From contig OY764159.1 in the NCBI GenBank assembly GCA_963668175.1, positions 1,792,001 through 1,856,000 of the forward strand: a stretch of 64,000 nt of DNA. Reading direction: 5' to 3'. The notes below the pieces were generated by a model. That model made no database searches. It was not told where the DNA came from and was given only the letters and a program-made list of their open reading frames with translations. Origin of the DNA: Syntrophales bacterium (lineage in GTDB: Bacteria > Desulfobacterota > Syntrophia > Syntrophales > PHBD01). The position numbers and the translations under genes were made by a program. This document shows positions 48,304-57,995 of this stretch, one piece after another (position 1 is the first letter of the stretch; each line of letters starts with the position of its first letter).

Positions 48304-49944
48304 TCACGCATTCGTACTTGTTTCCCTCTTTGGGTTATATTTCTTTTCGATCTCGGAGATTCTGATCTTACCCGATCCTGTTCTGGGAAAAGAATCTACA
48401 AAGAGTATCCTGGAAGGTACCATATAAGACGGCAGTTTCCCTGAAATCAGACTTTTGATTTCTGCTTCCGATACCGTCAGTTCTTTCTTGGGTATAACCT
48501 CGCAGAAGATCAAATTGCCTGCTTTTTCATCTTTGACGGCAAATGCGATCGCTTCGCTCACTGATGTATGAGTCATGATTGCATCAACGATTTCTTTCGG
48601 ATAAACCCTGTACCCCGAGGTCTTAATCATTTTGTCTTTTCGGCCAAGTATGTATAGATACCCCTCTTCATCTATTTTACCAATATCTCCGGTAAAAATA
48701 GTTTTTGGTACGAACGGTGCGCTTGTTGTATCCGTAAGTGGATCTTTCCGTATCTTCTTTCTTGTTTCGAGAGAATCGCCTAAATATCCCATCATCATAC
48801 CGTCGCCCTTATGTATAATTTCGCCTGTCTCGTTTGGAACTGCCCGTTGGCCTCGCGTGTTCAATATGAAGACGTCCGTTCCTGTAACAGGCTTGCCCAC
48901 AGACGATATCTTCCTTTTATAATCGTGCGGTTTTAAAATGGTACTGCGGAAGGTTTCCGTCTGGCCGTACGTCTTATAAATATCCACGCGATAAGCCATT
49001 TCTCGTAATTGTTCCAAATGGCGTAAAGGGAGATCGCCACCCGAGATGGTGATATATCTCAATTTGTTTAGGGCAGTTGCCATGTCCCCGGTTCCATGTT
49101 CGAGAAGACCCGCCCAAATGGCAGGGACGGCAGATATACCGGATATACCATATTGATTGATAGCTACGGCAATATCCGCAGGGAGCCATGAATTTAGAAT
49201 AACGAGACATGATCCGGTTATCAGAGAAGTGAAAAGCTGATTGCATCCGACGTCAAAAGAGAAAGGCAGCAGGCTGAGAAGGCAGTCTTCATTTTTCAAG
49301 TTATAATCTTCACATTCCGTTTGGACCCTGTTCAATAAATCCTGGTGAGAAATCAGAACGCCTTTGGGGAAGCCTGTCGAACCCGACGTGAAAAGGGCCA
49401 TGGCTATGTCCTGGTTAACGATTTGCCGAGATATAGGGTTTTCAAGGGAACTACGATCAACGGAACGAAAGGTGTTAATTTCGAGAATCCGGGAAACGTT
49501 TTCAAGAATCGAAGCATGCCACGGTGATATTGGATCCGACGAGAATAGTAATATCTTTGCGTCAATTTCCGTGTGATCGTCTATACTGCTGAAGCCGATT
49601 AATCCGGCAAAATCGATGATAAGAAGGCGAGACTTAGATAGGGTTGTTATATAAGCTATCTGTGGAATTTTGACCCGCGAATTGATGCAATAAAATCCGG
49701 CACCGGTCTTTAATATAGCCAACACGGCAACGACATTGTCTATGGACTTCTGCATAAAAGTACCGCACAACGACCCTTCCGAAATACCGCACGATGTCAA
49801 GTGAGAAGCCAAGTCGTCTGATCTGTCATCCAAGTCACGATAAGTTATGTTGAAAGATCTGTTCTTGGATAGATGATGGACGATTGCCGTCTTATTGGGA
49901 TGTGCGATAACGATATCTTTGAACTTATCGATAATGTTCGGCAT
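48304..49944 (-). CDS. AMP-forming acyl/amino-acyl ligase (ANL superfamily)
   Basis: FTSGSTGFPKG, LPFSFD, YGQTETFRST, TGDIG..D, GRKD.MIKTSGYRV.P.EI, PSYMVP, SGK. Confidence 0.9.
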   Translation of the reverse strand: MPNIIDKFKDIVIAHPNKTAIVHHLSKNRSFNITYRDLDDRSDDLASHLTSCGISEGSLCGTFMQKSIDNVVAVLAILKTGAGFYCINSRVKIPQIAYITTLSKSRLLIIDFAGLIGFSSIDDHTEIDAKILLFSSDPISPWHASILENVSRILEINTFRSVDRSSLENPISRQIVNQDIAMALFTSGSTGFPKGVLISHQDLLNRVQTECEDYNLKNEDCLLSLLPFSFDVGCNQLFTSLITGSCLVILNSWLPADIAVAINQYGISGISAVPAIWAGLLEHGTGDMATALNKLRYITISGGDLPLRHLEQLREMAYRVDIYKTYGQTETFRSTILKPHDYKRKISSVGKPVTGTDVFILNTRGQRAVPNETGEIIHKGDGMMMGYLGDSLETRKKIRKDPLTDTTSAPFVPKTIFTGDIGKIDEEGYLYILGRKDKMIKTSGYRVYPKEIVDAIMTHTSVSEAIAFAVKDEKAGNLIFCEVIPKKELTVSEAEIKSLISGKLPSYMVPSRILFVDSFPRTGSGKIRISEIEKKYNPKRETSTNA

Positions 49945-49953
49945 TGTCGGGCC

Positions 49954-50211
49954 TCACGATAATCTCTGTTGAATAAAATAGGCTATCAGATCAATCGTGT
50001 CGAAATTGTCGAGCGTGATATCGGAAGCCTCAATTACGATGTTGAATTCATCCTGAAGCATCTGTACTGCGCGTACGATACTTACCGAATCCAAGATGCC
50101 GCTATCGACAAGCGAGAGATCATTTGTTAATTCGATTTTCAGACCCCGGAAGGTCGGCAAAATTTCATTAATGATTATCGATACTTTTTCGCCAATGTGA
50201 ATTGACGACAT
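49954..50211 (-). CDS. Acyl carrier protein
   Basis: L.DSGILDS phosphopantetheine motif, F.I.I...DI...NF.T; adjacent to the ligase. Confidence 0.85.
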   Translation of the reverse strand: MSSIHIGEKVSIIINEILPTFRGLKIELTNDLSLVDSGILDSVSIVRAVQMLQDEFNIVIEASDITLDNFDTIDLIAYFIQQRLS

Positions 50212-50398
50212 GCAGGCTCTCCTAATATTTTATTTTTCGCAGTTATTGCCATCTCTATGATATCATTCTTTTTTATTTGTTCCGATGTGGAAATTAAAGA
50301 AGAGAAACGAACTCCGGCGATGCCTCGACTCAATCACATGGCCGCATTTATAAACAAGAATGCAAGGCGGCGGTTAACGAGTTGTCTTTCGGATCTTC

Positions 50399-50596
50399 TT
50401 AAGGCGAAGCGAGAAAGAAAAGAAAACCGGATCTGTTCGGCAAAAATCTCAAGCCTTCAGCTTTCAGTAGATGAAGGCAACCGTGCCAGTCTATGCCGCT
50501 GTCGACGCTTTCTATAGTGCATGTTTCGCCGCAAAAAGGACAAACCGTTGCATCGGAATCACTGTAGACTATCTTAACATCTTTGGTATTCGTCAT
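50399..50596 (-). CDS. Small hypothetical protein with CPFC/C.H motif
   Basis: Co-oriented between the acetyltransferase and ACP genes; ATG with purine-rich RBS; no family recognised. Confidence 0.35.
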   Translation of the reverse strand: MTNTKDVKIVYSDSDATVCPFCGETCTIESVDSGIDWHGCLHLLKAEGLRFLPNRSGFLFFLASP

Positions 50597-50608
50597 CTCT
50601 CTTTCCAA

Positions 50609-51226
50609 TTAGGATAATATCTCCTTATGCTTTTCACGGTTATACTGGACGAATGCCTTGCTCCCGAAAAAGTGTATCGCTTTGGCAGGAATCCCTATCA
50701 TGACTGCATTATCGGGGACATCTTCCATGACAACGGAATTCGCGCCGATAGCTACGTTGTTTCCTATAGAGATATTGCCGATCAGCTTCGCCCCCGGGGC
50801 GATATAGACGAAATCGCCTATCTTAGGTTGGCCGTAATTGCTGCCTCTTCCTGACCATCCCACCGTATTGCCGTGGGATATATTGCAGAACTTGCCCATG
50901 GAGGTATTGCCTCCGACGAAAATATTACCAAAATGCCCTATATATAGTCCAGGGCCTATATCGATGTCATCGCCTATGGATATGCCGGCCACAGTCTGCA
51001 CGCCGAGATGGCAAAATCTTAAGATCGGTTTCAAAATGATCTTTAATAGTGTCGAACGGCACTCGACATGGACCCAACGCCTGAGCCTGTATACAACAAT
51101 TGCCCATATTCCTTGCGTGAACAATATTATCTCTAAGGCTTTCAGAAACGAAATGTGATCGACTTTATCTCGGGGATACAAATAGCGATAGAGGTCATGC
51201 TTCAGATAGCGCAACTGCGACATCAT
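50609..51226 (-). CDS. Serine O-acetyltransferase-like hexapeptide-repeat acyltransferase
   Basis: YR, IGPGLYIGH.G.I, P.IGD.VYI.PGAK..G.I.IG.NV.IGANSVV..DVP.N...GIPA. Confidence 0.87.
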   Translation of the reverse strand: MMSQLRYLKHDLYRYLYPRDKVDHISFLKALEIILFTQGIWAIVVYRLRRWVHVECRSTLLKIILKPILRFCHLGVQTVAGISIGDDIDIGPGLYIGHFGNIFVGGNTSMGKFCNISHGNTVGWSGRGSNYGQPKIGDFVYIAPGAKLIGNISIGNNVAIGANSVVMEDVPDNAVMIGIPAKAIHFFGSKAFVQYNREKHKEILS

Positions 51227-51588
51227 TACCTCTTTAGTATGTTCTAGAATAGAGATACAATAGTATAAAAAATTAACGACGTCAATATATAACGTAAGCT
51301 ATTTTTAGATATTGCCTTTCGGTGGAGGAAATATCAACTAATCTTACATTCATACTGGATTGTTTTCATTCATACGGCGATCATATTGCAGTCAAATTCA
51401 TTTTGATACGGTCATTCCAGATAGCAGAGATGACCTTAAATCGGGGTGTCGGTCGATTTGAACCCGACAAAATTCGCCGGAGATCGAGGGCTCGGCTTAA
51501 GTGTCTTTCCTTTTTGATTTCCTTATTCCGGAACTGGCGTGAGGAAGTGCGGGGCCGTTGTCTGACCGCGGGCGGATCCAAGGGAGGG

Positions 51589-52293
51589 TCATTTGATATC
51601 GGCGAACTTGTAGCCGATGCTCCTGACCGTGAAGATATAGCGTGGCCGGTCTTTGTCCTTTTCGATGGCCGACCGCAGGCGGCTGATGTGGGCGTCGACC
51701 GTACGCGGCTCGACGAACACCTCGTCCTTCCAGACGAGGTCGAGAATCTGCCTCCGGCTGTAGACGCGGCCGGGATGGCGGCTGAAGAAATGGAGGAGCT
51801 TCAACTCCATCGGTCCCAGTTGCACCGGCGCGCCGTCGACGGAAACCGCGTAGGAACGGTAGTCGATGGTGAGGCCGTTCCAGGTAAAGATATCCGGCGG
51901 ATCGTCCCGGACCGGCTCATGGTCGACGCGACGCATGACGGCCCTGATGCGGGCGAAGAGCTCCCTGACATTGAACGGCTTGGTGACGTAATCGTCCGCT
52001 CCCATTTCCAGGCCGAGAATCTTGTCCGCTAAATCGCTTTTCGCCGTCAGCATGACGATGGGGAGACGCTTGAACCCGTATTCGCTTCGTACGATCCGGC
52101 AGACATCCAGTCCGGACATTTCCGGCATCATCAGGTCCAGGATCATCAGGTCCGGCATGCTTTTCCTGATTTCCGCCAGGGCCTGTCGCCCGTCGTAGGC
52201 CTTGACGACGGCATAATCCTCCCGTTCGAGGTTATAGGCGATCAGTTCGACGATGTCCTTCTCGTCGTCCACAACGAGGATATTTTTCGGCAT
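51589..52293 (-). CDS. OmpR/PhoB-family response regulator (PhoB/PhoP-like)
   Basis: VVDDE, LDLMMP, LTAK, GADDYVTKPF, RTVDAHISRLR, TVR..GY. Confidence 0.92.
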   Translation of the reverse strand: MPKNILVVDDEKDIVELIAYNLEREDYAVVKAYDGRQALAEIRKSMPDLMILDLMMPEMSGLDVCRIVRSEYGFKRLPIVMLTAKSDLADKILGLEMGADDYVTKPFNVRELFARIRAVMRRVDHEPVRDDPPDIFTWNGLTIDYRSYAVSVDGAPVQLGPMELKLLHFFSRHPGRVYSRRQILDLVWKDEVFVEPRTVDAHISRLRSAIEKDKDRPRYIFTVRSIGYKFADIK

Positions 52294-52355
52294 AAGGCAT
52301 CACCCCGGATTGTTTGTCGCGGTCCCGCAGCGCTTTCGCAGGCGATTTTCGCTCC

Positions 52356-55300
52356 CTAATTCCTGTCCAGGATCTCCCGAAGGACCCCGGCGAGATTCTT
52401 CATGAAGAGGGGCTTGATGAGGAGTTTCCGAATGCCCAGCCTTTCGGCCTCCTTCTCGTCGATCAATTCGCTGAATCCCGTACAGATGATGATGGGCATG
52501 TCGGGCCTTATCCGGCGGATCTCGCGCGAAAGCTCGGCCCCGGTCATATTGGGCATGGTCATGTCGGTGATCACCAGGTCGAACCGGAAAGGTTCCGCGG
52601 CGAAGGCGCTCAAGGCCTCGAGACTGCTCGTTTTGGCGACGACATCATATCCGAGCGTTTGCAGCATGTCCCGGCCGATGGCGACGAGGACCTCCTCGTC
52701 GTCGACGAAAAGGATGCGTTCGCTGCCCGACGGCATGGGCGTTTCCTCGACGACATGCCCCGTTGCGATTTCCGGCTGCATCGGCAGATAAACCTTGAAG
52801 ATCGTACCTTTCTGCGGTTCGCTGTAAACCGTGATCGTTCCGCCGTGGCTCTCCACGATGCCGTACACGACGGAAAGGCCCAGTCCCGTTCCTTCCCCGA
52901 CCTTTTTCGTCGTGAAGAAGGGGTCGAAGATGCGGTCGATGATCGCCGGGTCGATGCCGCACCCCGTATCGCTGACGCTCAGCCGCGCGTAAGAGCCGGG
53001 TTTCAGGTTGACCTTATGCGACAGGGGCATCTCGGCGTCGTAATCGACCCTTTCCAGCGTAACCTTCAGGATGCCGCCCCTCTCGCGCATGGCGTGGGCC
53101 GCGTTGCTGCACAGGTTCATCAGGATCTGGTGGATCTGAGTGGGGTCCGCGACGACCGTATGCCGGACCGGCGGGATGTCGGTCAGGATGCTGACGGTCG
53201 AGGGAATGGACGACCGCAGCAACTTGAGGGCCTCCTTGACGATGAGGCCGATGTCGATGGGTCTTCTTTCCTGGTCCTGCTGGTGGCTGAAGGCGAGTAT
53301 CTGGTTGACGAGGTCTTTCGCCCGGCCGCACGCCTTGAGAACCTGTTCCAGGCGCCGCGTCACGGCCGCATCCTTGTATCCGTACAGGAGCATTTCGGTA
53401 TGGCCGATGACGGCGCTCAAGATGTTATTGAAGTCGTGGGCGATGCCGCCGGCGAGCGTGCCGATGGCTTCCATCTTCTGGGTCTGGCGGAGGCTCTTTT
53501 CGGTCTTGCGCAGGGTCTCCTCGGTACGCTTCCGTTCGAGGGCGTTCACGAAGATCGTGCCGACGATCTTGAGCACGTCGATGATCTCGCCGGACCACGC
53601 CTTTTCCTCCCGGACGGAATCCAGGCCGAGATAACCGACCAGGGAACCCCTTGATACCATGGGGATCTTGACCAGGGACCGGATGTCGTAAGCCGCCAGG
53701 AACGTCTTTTCGTGCTGAAATTTGTCGGAGAGGTCGGCCGCGCGGGGGATGTGGATGACTTCGTGCCCCTTGATTTCCGCGGCATAGTCCGGGAAAAGTT
53801 CCGATATGCCGCGGTCGCGGCAATCCCTTGCCTGCGGCGCGATGCCTTCCGCGCACCACTCGCAGGCGTCGGCGATCTTCCCCGTGTCGCCGGAAAGGAG
53901 GAACAGGTTGATCCTGTCCACGCCGGTGTGCCTTCCGATCATCTGCAGGGCCTCATGAATGCCGCTGTCGATCTCATCGGGCGCGAGATTGATGAAGTTG
54001 CTGGAAATGGAGGATATGAGTTTTTCCAGTTGCATCACCTGGTGCAGGGCCGCCTCCGCCGTTTTCAGTTCGGTGATTTCCCGTCCGACCGACTGGAATT
54101 CGACGACCATGCCGTCGCCGTCCAGGATAGCCCTGTCCGTCCATTGCAGCCAGTGGACGCCGTCCCCTTTGCGTATTTGACATTCCCTGGTCTGCCCCGG
54201 ACGTTCCGGGTCGAAGCGGGTAATGCGCTGATGGAACGCGTCCCGGGTCTCCGGGACGATGTCCATTATATTGAGACCGATGACGTTCTCCTGTTCTATT
54301 CCAAAGTACCGGCAGCAGGCGGCGTTGGCAAAGGTCACCGTTCCGTTCAGCAGGTACCGGCAGATGAATTCCGTTTGATCCTCGACAACGGCCCGGTATC
54401 GCGCCTCGTTTGCTTCGTCCTTGAATTTTTCCAGTTCTTCGAGCTTCTCCAGCATGCCGTTGATGTCGTAGGCCAGATGCGACAATTCGTCGCTGCCGGC
54501 GGCGGAGACGCGTTTGGAAAATTGGCTGGCCGTGGCGACGTCTTTGACGTCCGTGCTCAGTTTGGCCAGCCTCTGAGAGACGAACCTGTCCACGAAGAGG
54601 ACGGCGGCAAGCGTAAAGAACACGGCGATGACGATCAGCGATATGAAGAGGTAGTGAACGGTGGTCCGGCTCTGCTTGTACACCGCCCTCGGCTGGTCCA
54701 CGCGCAGTATCAGGGCGGGTCTTCCGTAAATGTCCCGGATCAGGGCATATCCCGCAATAATATTCTTGCTCAGGCGTTTGATGTCCACCGAAGTCGACGC
54801 CGAAAAGGAAGATACCACCTCCCGGATGTCGGGAGGCATCTGTGCGTCGCCGATGGGGTGAACCACGAGGGACAGCCTGGTAATCCGGGCGAACTGCCTT
54901 ATTTTGAAATGATCCAGGCTGGTTGCCATGATAAGCGTGCCGCGGACGGGGCCCGTCATGTCGCTCGTCAGAATCGGTCTTGCGGAAACGAGCATGGGGC
55001 CGTCGGGAAGCATCATGACGCCGCTTATGCCCTTCTCCGGGCTGTCGTGTTTGGTAAGCAACCTGTCGGATGCCATCTTTTCCTGCAAATCGCCGGGAAA
55101 GGGAATCTCGCCCCCGTTCTTGAGATCGTAGCTCTTGCCGAAGACGATCCTGCGGTTTGTATCGACGAACAAAACATAATTCACGCGCAGCTTGGTCATG
55201 GCCGACTCGCGGAGATTGTCCCGGATATACGCTTTAGAACCGCTCCGAACAAAGGCATACGCGTCGTCCGAAAAGGCGAAGTCGCGCGCCGTATCGTCGA

Positions 55301-55478
55301 GCACGGCCATCTCGTTGTCGATGATGTTGAGCGCCCTTTCGACGTCCCTGCGGATTTCCTTGTCTTCGATATCGGTGAACCCTTCGCTCGTGATGGTCAG
55401 GGAGATGACCAGCAGGCAGGCGATGAGGCAGGCGAAGGCGATAGCGATGAAGAGGGACGTTTTTTTACGAAGGGTCAT
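52356..55478 (-). CDS. Hybrid sensor histidine kinase (TM-CHASE4-TM-HAMP-PAS-GAF-HisKA-HATPase-REC)
   Basis: CHASE4-like DFAFSDDAY...G.LIM; HAMP DEL..LA..IN.ML; PAS; GAF; AHDFNN; NL..NA; D.G.G; PFFTTK..G.GTGLGL; REC DMTMP...KP. Confidence 0.9.
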   Translation of the reverse strand: MTLRKKTSLFIAIAFACLIACLLVISLTITSEGFTDIEDKEIRRDVERALNIIDNEMAVLDDTARDFAFSDDAYAFVRSGSKAYIRDNLRESAMTKLRVNYVLFVDTNRRIVFGKSYDLKNGGEIPFPGDLQEKMASDRLLTKHDSPEKGISGVMMLPDGPMLVSARPILTSDMTGPVRGTLIMATSLDHFKIRQFARITRLSLVVHPIGDAQMPPDIREVVSSFSASTSVDIKRLSKNIIAGYALIRDIYGRPALILRVDQPRAVYKQSRTTVHYLFISLIVIAVFFTLAAVLFVDRFVSQRLAKLSTDVKDVATASQFSKRVSAAGSDELSHLAYDINGMLEKLEELEKFKDEANEARYRAVVEDQTEFICRYLLNGTVTFANAACCRYFGIEQENVIGLNIMDIVPETRDAFHQRITRFDPERPGQTRECQIRKGDGVHWLQWTDRAILDGDGMVVEFQSVGREITELKTAEAALHQVMQLEKLISSISSNFINLAPDEIDSGIHEALQMIGRHTGVDRINLFLLSGDTGKIADACEWCAEGIAPQARDCRDRGISELFPDYAAEIKGHEVIHIPRAADLSDKFQHEKTFLAAYDIRSLVKIPMVSRGSLVGYLGLDSVREEKAWSGEIIDVLKIVGTIFVNALERKRTEETLRKTEKSLRQTQKMEAIGTLAGGIAHDFNNILSAVIGHTEMLLYGYKDAAVTRRLEQVLKACGRAKDLVNQILAFSHQQDQERRPIDIGLIVKEALKLLRSSIPSTVSILTDIPPVRHTVVADPTQIHQILMNLCSNAAHAMRERGGILKVTLERVDYDAEMPLSHKVNLKPGSYARLSVSDTGCGIDPAIIDRIFDPFFTTKKVGEGTGLGLSVVYGIVESHGGTITVYSEPQKGTIFKVYLPMQPEIATGHVVEETPMPSGSERILFVDDEEVLVAIGRDMLQTLGYDVVAKTSSLEALSAFAAEPFRFDLVITDMTMPNMTGAELSREIRRIRPDMPIIICTGFSELIDEKEAERLGIRKLLIKPLFMKNLAGVLREILDRN

Positions 55479-55508
55479 GGTTAAGATATTCTGCCTTATG
55501 CATGCCGT

Positions 55509-56321
55509 CTAATCGCGAGGAACGAAGCCCTGGGACTTGACGATTTTCTGTCCTTCGGCGCTGAGGATGAACTTTATGAAATCCCCCGCAATCCCCGCGG
55601 GCTGTCCGTCGGTGAACATGAAGAGGGGCCGGGCGACGGGATATTGTCCCGATTTGGCCGTTCCGGGCGTAGCCTCGAAGCCGTTTACTTTGATGGCCCG
55701 TACGGACTTCTTCAGGTAACCGATACCGATGTAGCCTATGGCATACCGGTTCTTGGAAACGGCCTGGACGACCGCGCCGTTCGATTCCTGCGTCTGGGCC
55801 CGCGGCGTCGCCTGGGCGTTGTGCAGAATCTTTTCTTTCCATGTCTCGTAGGTGCCGGAGCTGGGGTCCCGGGTGACAAGGACGATACCCTTGTTCGGGC
55901 CTGCCAGCTGCTTCCAGTTGGTGATTTTGCCCTGGTAGACGAGGTTCAGCTGCTCGATCGTAAGATTCCTGACCGGGTTGTCCGGGTGGACGATCGGCAC
56001 GATCGCGTCGATGGCGATGAGATGCGGTACGAGGCGGACGCCTTTCCCTTTTGCCAGGTCCTTCTCCTCGCTCTTGAGGTCGCGGGACGAGTTGGCGATG
56101 TCGGTTGTCCTGTCGATCAGTTCCCTGATGCCGTCTCCCGAACCTGTGCCGGACACGGTGATCACAACGCCGGGATGTTTCTGCATGTAACTTAGGCCCG
56201 CCGCCTGGGCGATGGGGAGTACCGTCGTCGATCCCTTGACGACGAGGGTGTCCGCCGCGAGGGCGGGGGACACACAGCAGGAGATAAGAGCGGCTATCGA
56301 TATTCTGATGAAGTTTTCCAT
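55509..56321 (-). CDS. pstS: Phosphate ABC-type substrate-binding protein (PstS family)
   Basis: KGSTTVLP, GTGSG.G, DIANSSR, IAID.I, G.I.NW, R...SGT, AIGY, Y...RPL. ATG at 56321. Confidence 0.9.
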   Translation of the reverse strand: MENFIRISIAALISCCVSPALAADTLVVKGSTTVLPIAQAAGLSYMQKHPGVVITVSGTGSGDGIRELIDRTTDIANSSRDLKSEEKDLAKGKGVRLVPHLIAIDAIVPIVHPDNPVRNLTIEQLNLVYQGKITNWKQLAGPNKGIVLVTRDPSSGTYETWKEKILHNAQATPRAQTQESNGAVVQAVSKNRYAIGYIGIGYLKKSVRAIKVNGFEATPGTAKSGQYPVARPLFMFTDGQPAGIAGDFIKFILSAEGQKIVKSQGFVPRD

Positions 56322-56492
56322 TCCTTTATAGCCTCCTCGAGAAGAAGTGACTATATATACGCCTTGCGGCGACAACGACCGGACAGCCCCACCGGGCGTC
56401 CGTTCCTTCCGGAGATTGTTCCGGGAATTCCTGAGCCGGGACGGACCATACGGATATTTTTACCCGGATGACGGCACACCGTACCACTGCTT

Positions 56493-56533
56493 GTTTACAG
56501 TTTTGTGACGAAACGATGAAACTTTGATGAAAA
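56493..56533 (-). promoter_or_regulatory. Pho-box-like array upstream of pstS
   Basis: Minus-strand 11-bp-period repeats TTTCATCAAAG TTTCATCGTTT CGTCACAAAAC TGTAAAC. Confidence 0.65.
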
Positions 56534-56711
56534 TATCGGGTTTCCGGTATTTCCGCCGAGGAGACGTCCATTCTTGGTCTTGCCCCGATCGCGGCACTTT
56601 CGGCATCCGGCCGAACGGGACGCCGTGAAACCGAGAGATCGGATGATACCGTCCGAGCCAGGAACATATGGCATATTAACCGCCGGACGGTCGTAAATTC
56701 GTCTTGTCAAA

Positions 56712-56742
56712 TTTCATGAAATTGTCATAAGATCGTCACAAT
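56712..56742 (+). promoter_or_regulatory. Pho-box-like array upstream of the PilZ gene
   Basis: TTTCATGAAAT TGTCATAAGAT CGTCACAAT (11-bp period, GTCA(T/C) cores). Confidence 0.65.
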
Positions 56743-56980
56743 TTTCGTGTATGTCAGGCCATACCTTCGGGGAGGCCGGAGATGCGCGGGGAATGTGGTT
56801 GTAAGCGTCATACCTGAACACTTCTTTACGGATTGCCCACCTCGTGTTTGCAGCCGGAATGTGAGTTATGGTAAGGGAGCGCCGGCTGTTCCACATCTTG
56901 TCCCGGCGGCGGCCGGTTTGGAGCCGCGGAACACAATTTGCAATCAAAAAATCGAGTCTTTTGGAAGGTACCTGTACGTC

Positions 56981-57649
56981 ATGGAAGAACTGAAGCCGGG
57001 AATGGCTGTCCATATGGTCCTGGAGCTATCGGACCCCAATCGTGTCATGAAGACCGTTGTGTACGATATCATGGGGAAAAAGATCATCCTCGCCCAGACA
57101 TCGCCGCCTCTCCTGCGGTCCCACCTCGGGGAGGCCGTCAGGGTATCCTTTATCTTCAAGCTTAAGGGCATCAAGGACGTCCGTCTCGCGTTCAGCGGGA
57201 ATATCGTGGCCTTCATGCCCGATTACAAGATGTCCTTCGACCAGGTCGTGCCGGCGATCGTTGTGGACCGGAAGTCGGAACTGGAGGAGATCGACCGCAG
57301 GATGTTCTACCGCATCACGCCCCCCCTCAACAGCGCCATGACCGTCATGATGGGGAACGCGAAAATGAACGTCGTCGATATTTCCCTGGGAGGCGCCAAG
57401 TTTACGCACGCCATGGAGCGCGAATTCCTGCCCGGCGAAGAGATCGATTTGACCGTTACCCTGGATAACCGGCGTTTCGGCATCAAGGCGCGCGTTGTCC
57501 GCGCCGAAAAAAAATTCGACGCCGTCAGGGCAAAGAGATACTATACGGTCAGCGTGCAGTTCGAAAACAATAGCCAGGAGTTCGGGCGCGCCCTGGCGAT
57601 GAAGATCATGATGATGGAAAGGCAGCGCCTGGTCGCAGGCAAGTATTAG
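56981..57649 (+). CDS. PilZ-domain (c-di-GMP-binding) protein, YcgR-like two-domain layout
   Basis: RRMFYR (RxxxR) and DISLGG (DxSxxG) motifs. ATG at 56981. Confidence 0.82.
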   Translation: MEELKPGMAVHMVLELSDPNRVMKTVVYDIMGKKIILAQTSPPLLRSHLGEAVRVSFIFKLKGIKDVRLAFSGNIVAFMPDYKMSFDQVVPAIVVDRKSELEEIDRRMFYRITPPLNSAMTVMMGNAKMNVVDISLGGAKFTHAMEREFLPGEEIDLTVTLDNRRFGIKARVVRAEKKFDAVRAKRYYTVSVQFENNSQEFGRALAMKIMMMERQRLVAGKY

Positions 57650-57995
57650 CCTTCCGCCGTCTTGCCTCCTCAATCGGCGAATTCTAAGCCCATGATCGTG
57701 AGAGAAAGAGCGAACGGTCTCCGGCATCCCCCGCCGATCTTCCCCCGGCAGGCGTTTTTTCCGGTCGCCGCAGGTCTGCCGCAGGCCTCCGTCGCCGCGG
57801 ACAATCCCCGGAGAAAGGAATGCACCCCCCCCTGGGTCCCGGCCTGAAAATTTAAGGGCAAGGGTTACCCGTGGGAAATACTTCAAGTATCGGGGAACGT
57901 CCCTGTTTAATGAGGAAACATACAGAAAATATAGCATTGATTTTGCATGCCGTTGGTTCATAATGTCAAAGGAAGGAATCGGTGGAGGTTACTGC

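Noticed and set aside
48162..48311. 49-codon minus ORF overlapping the ligase stop
   Set aside because: No recognisable homology; could be a remnant but is unsupported.
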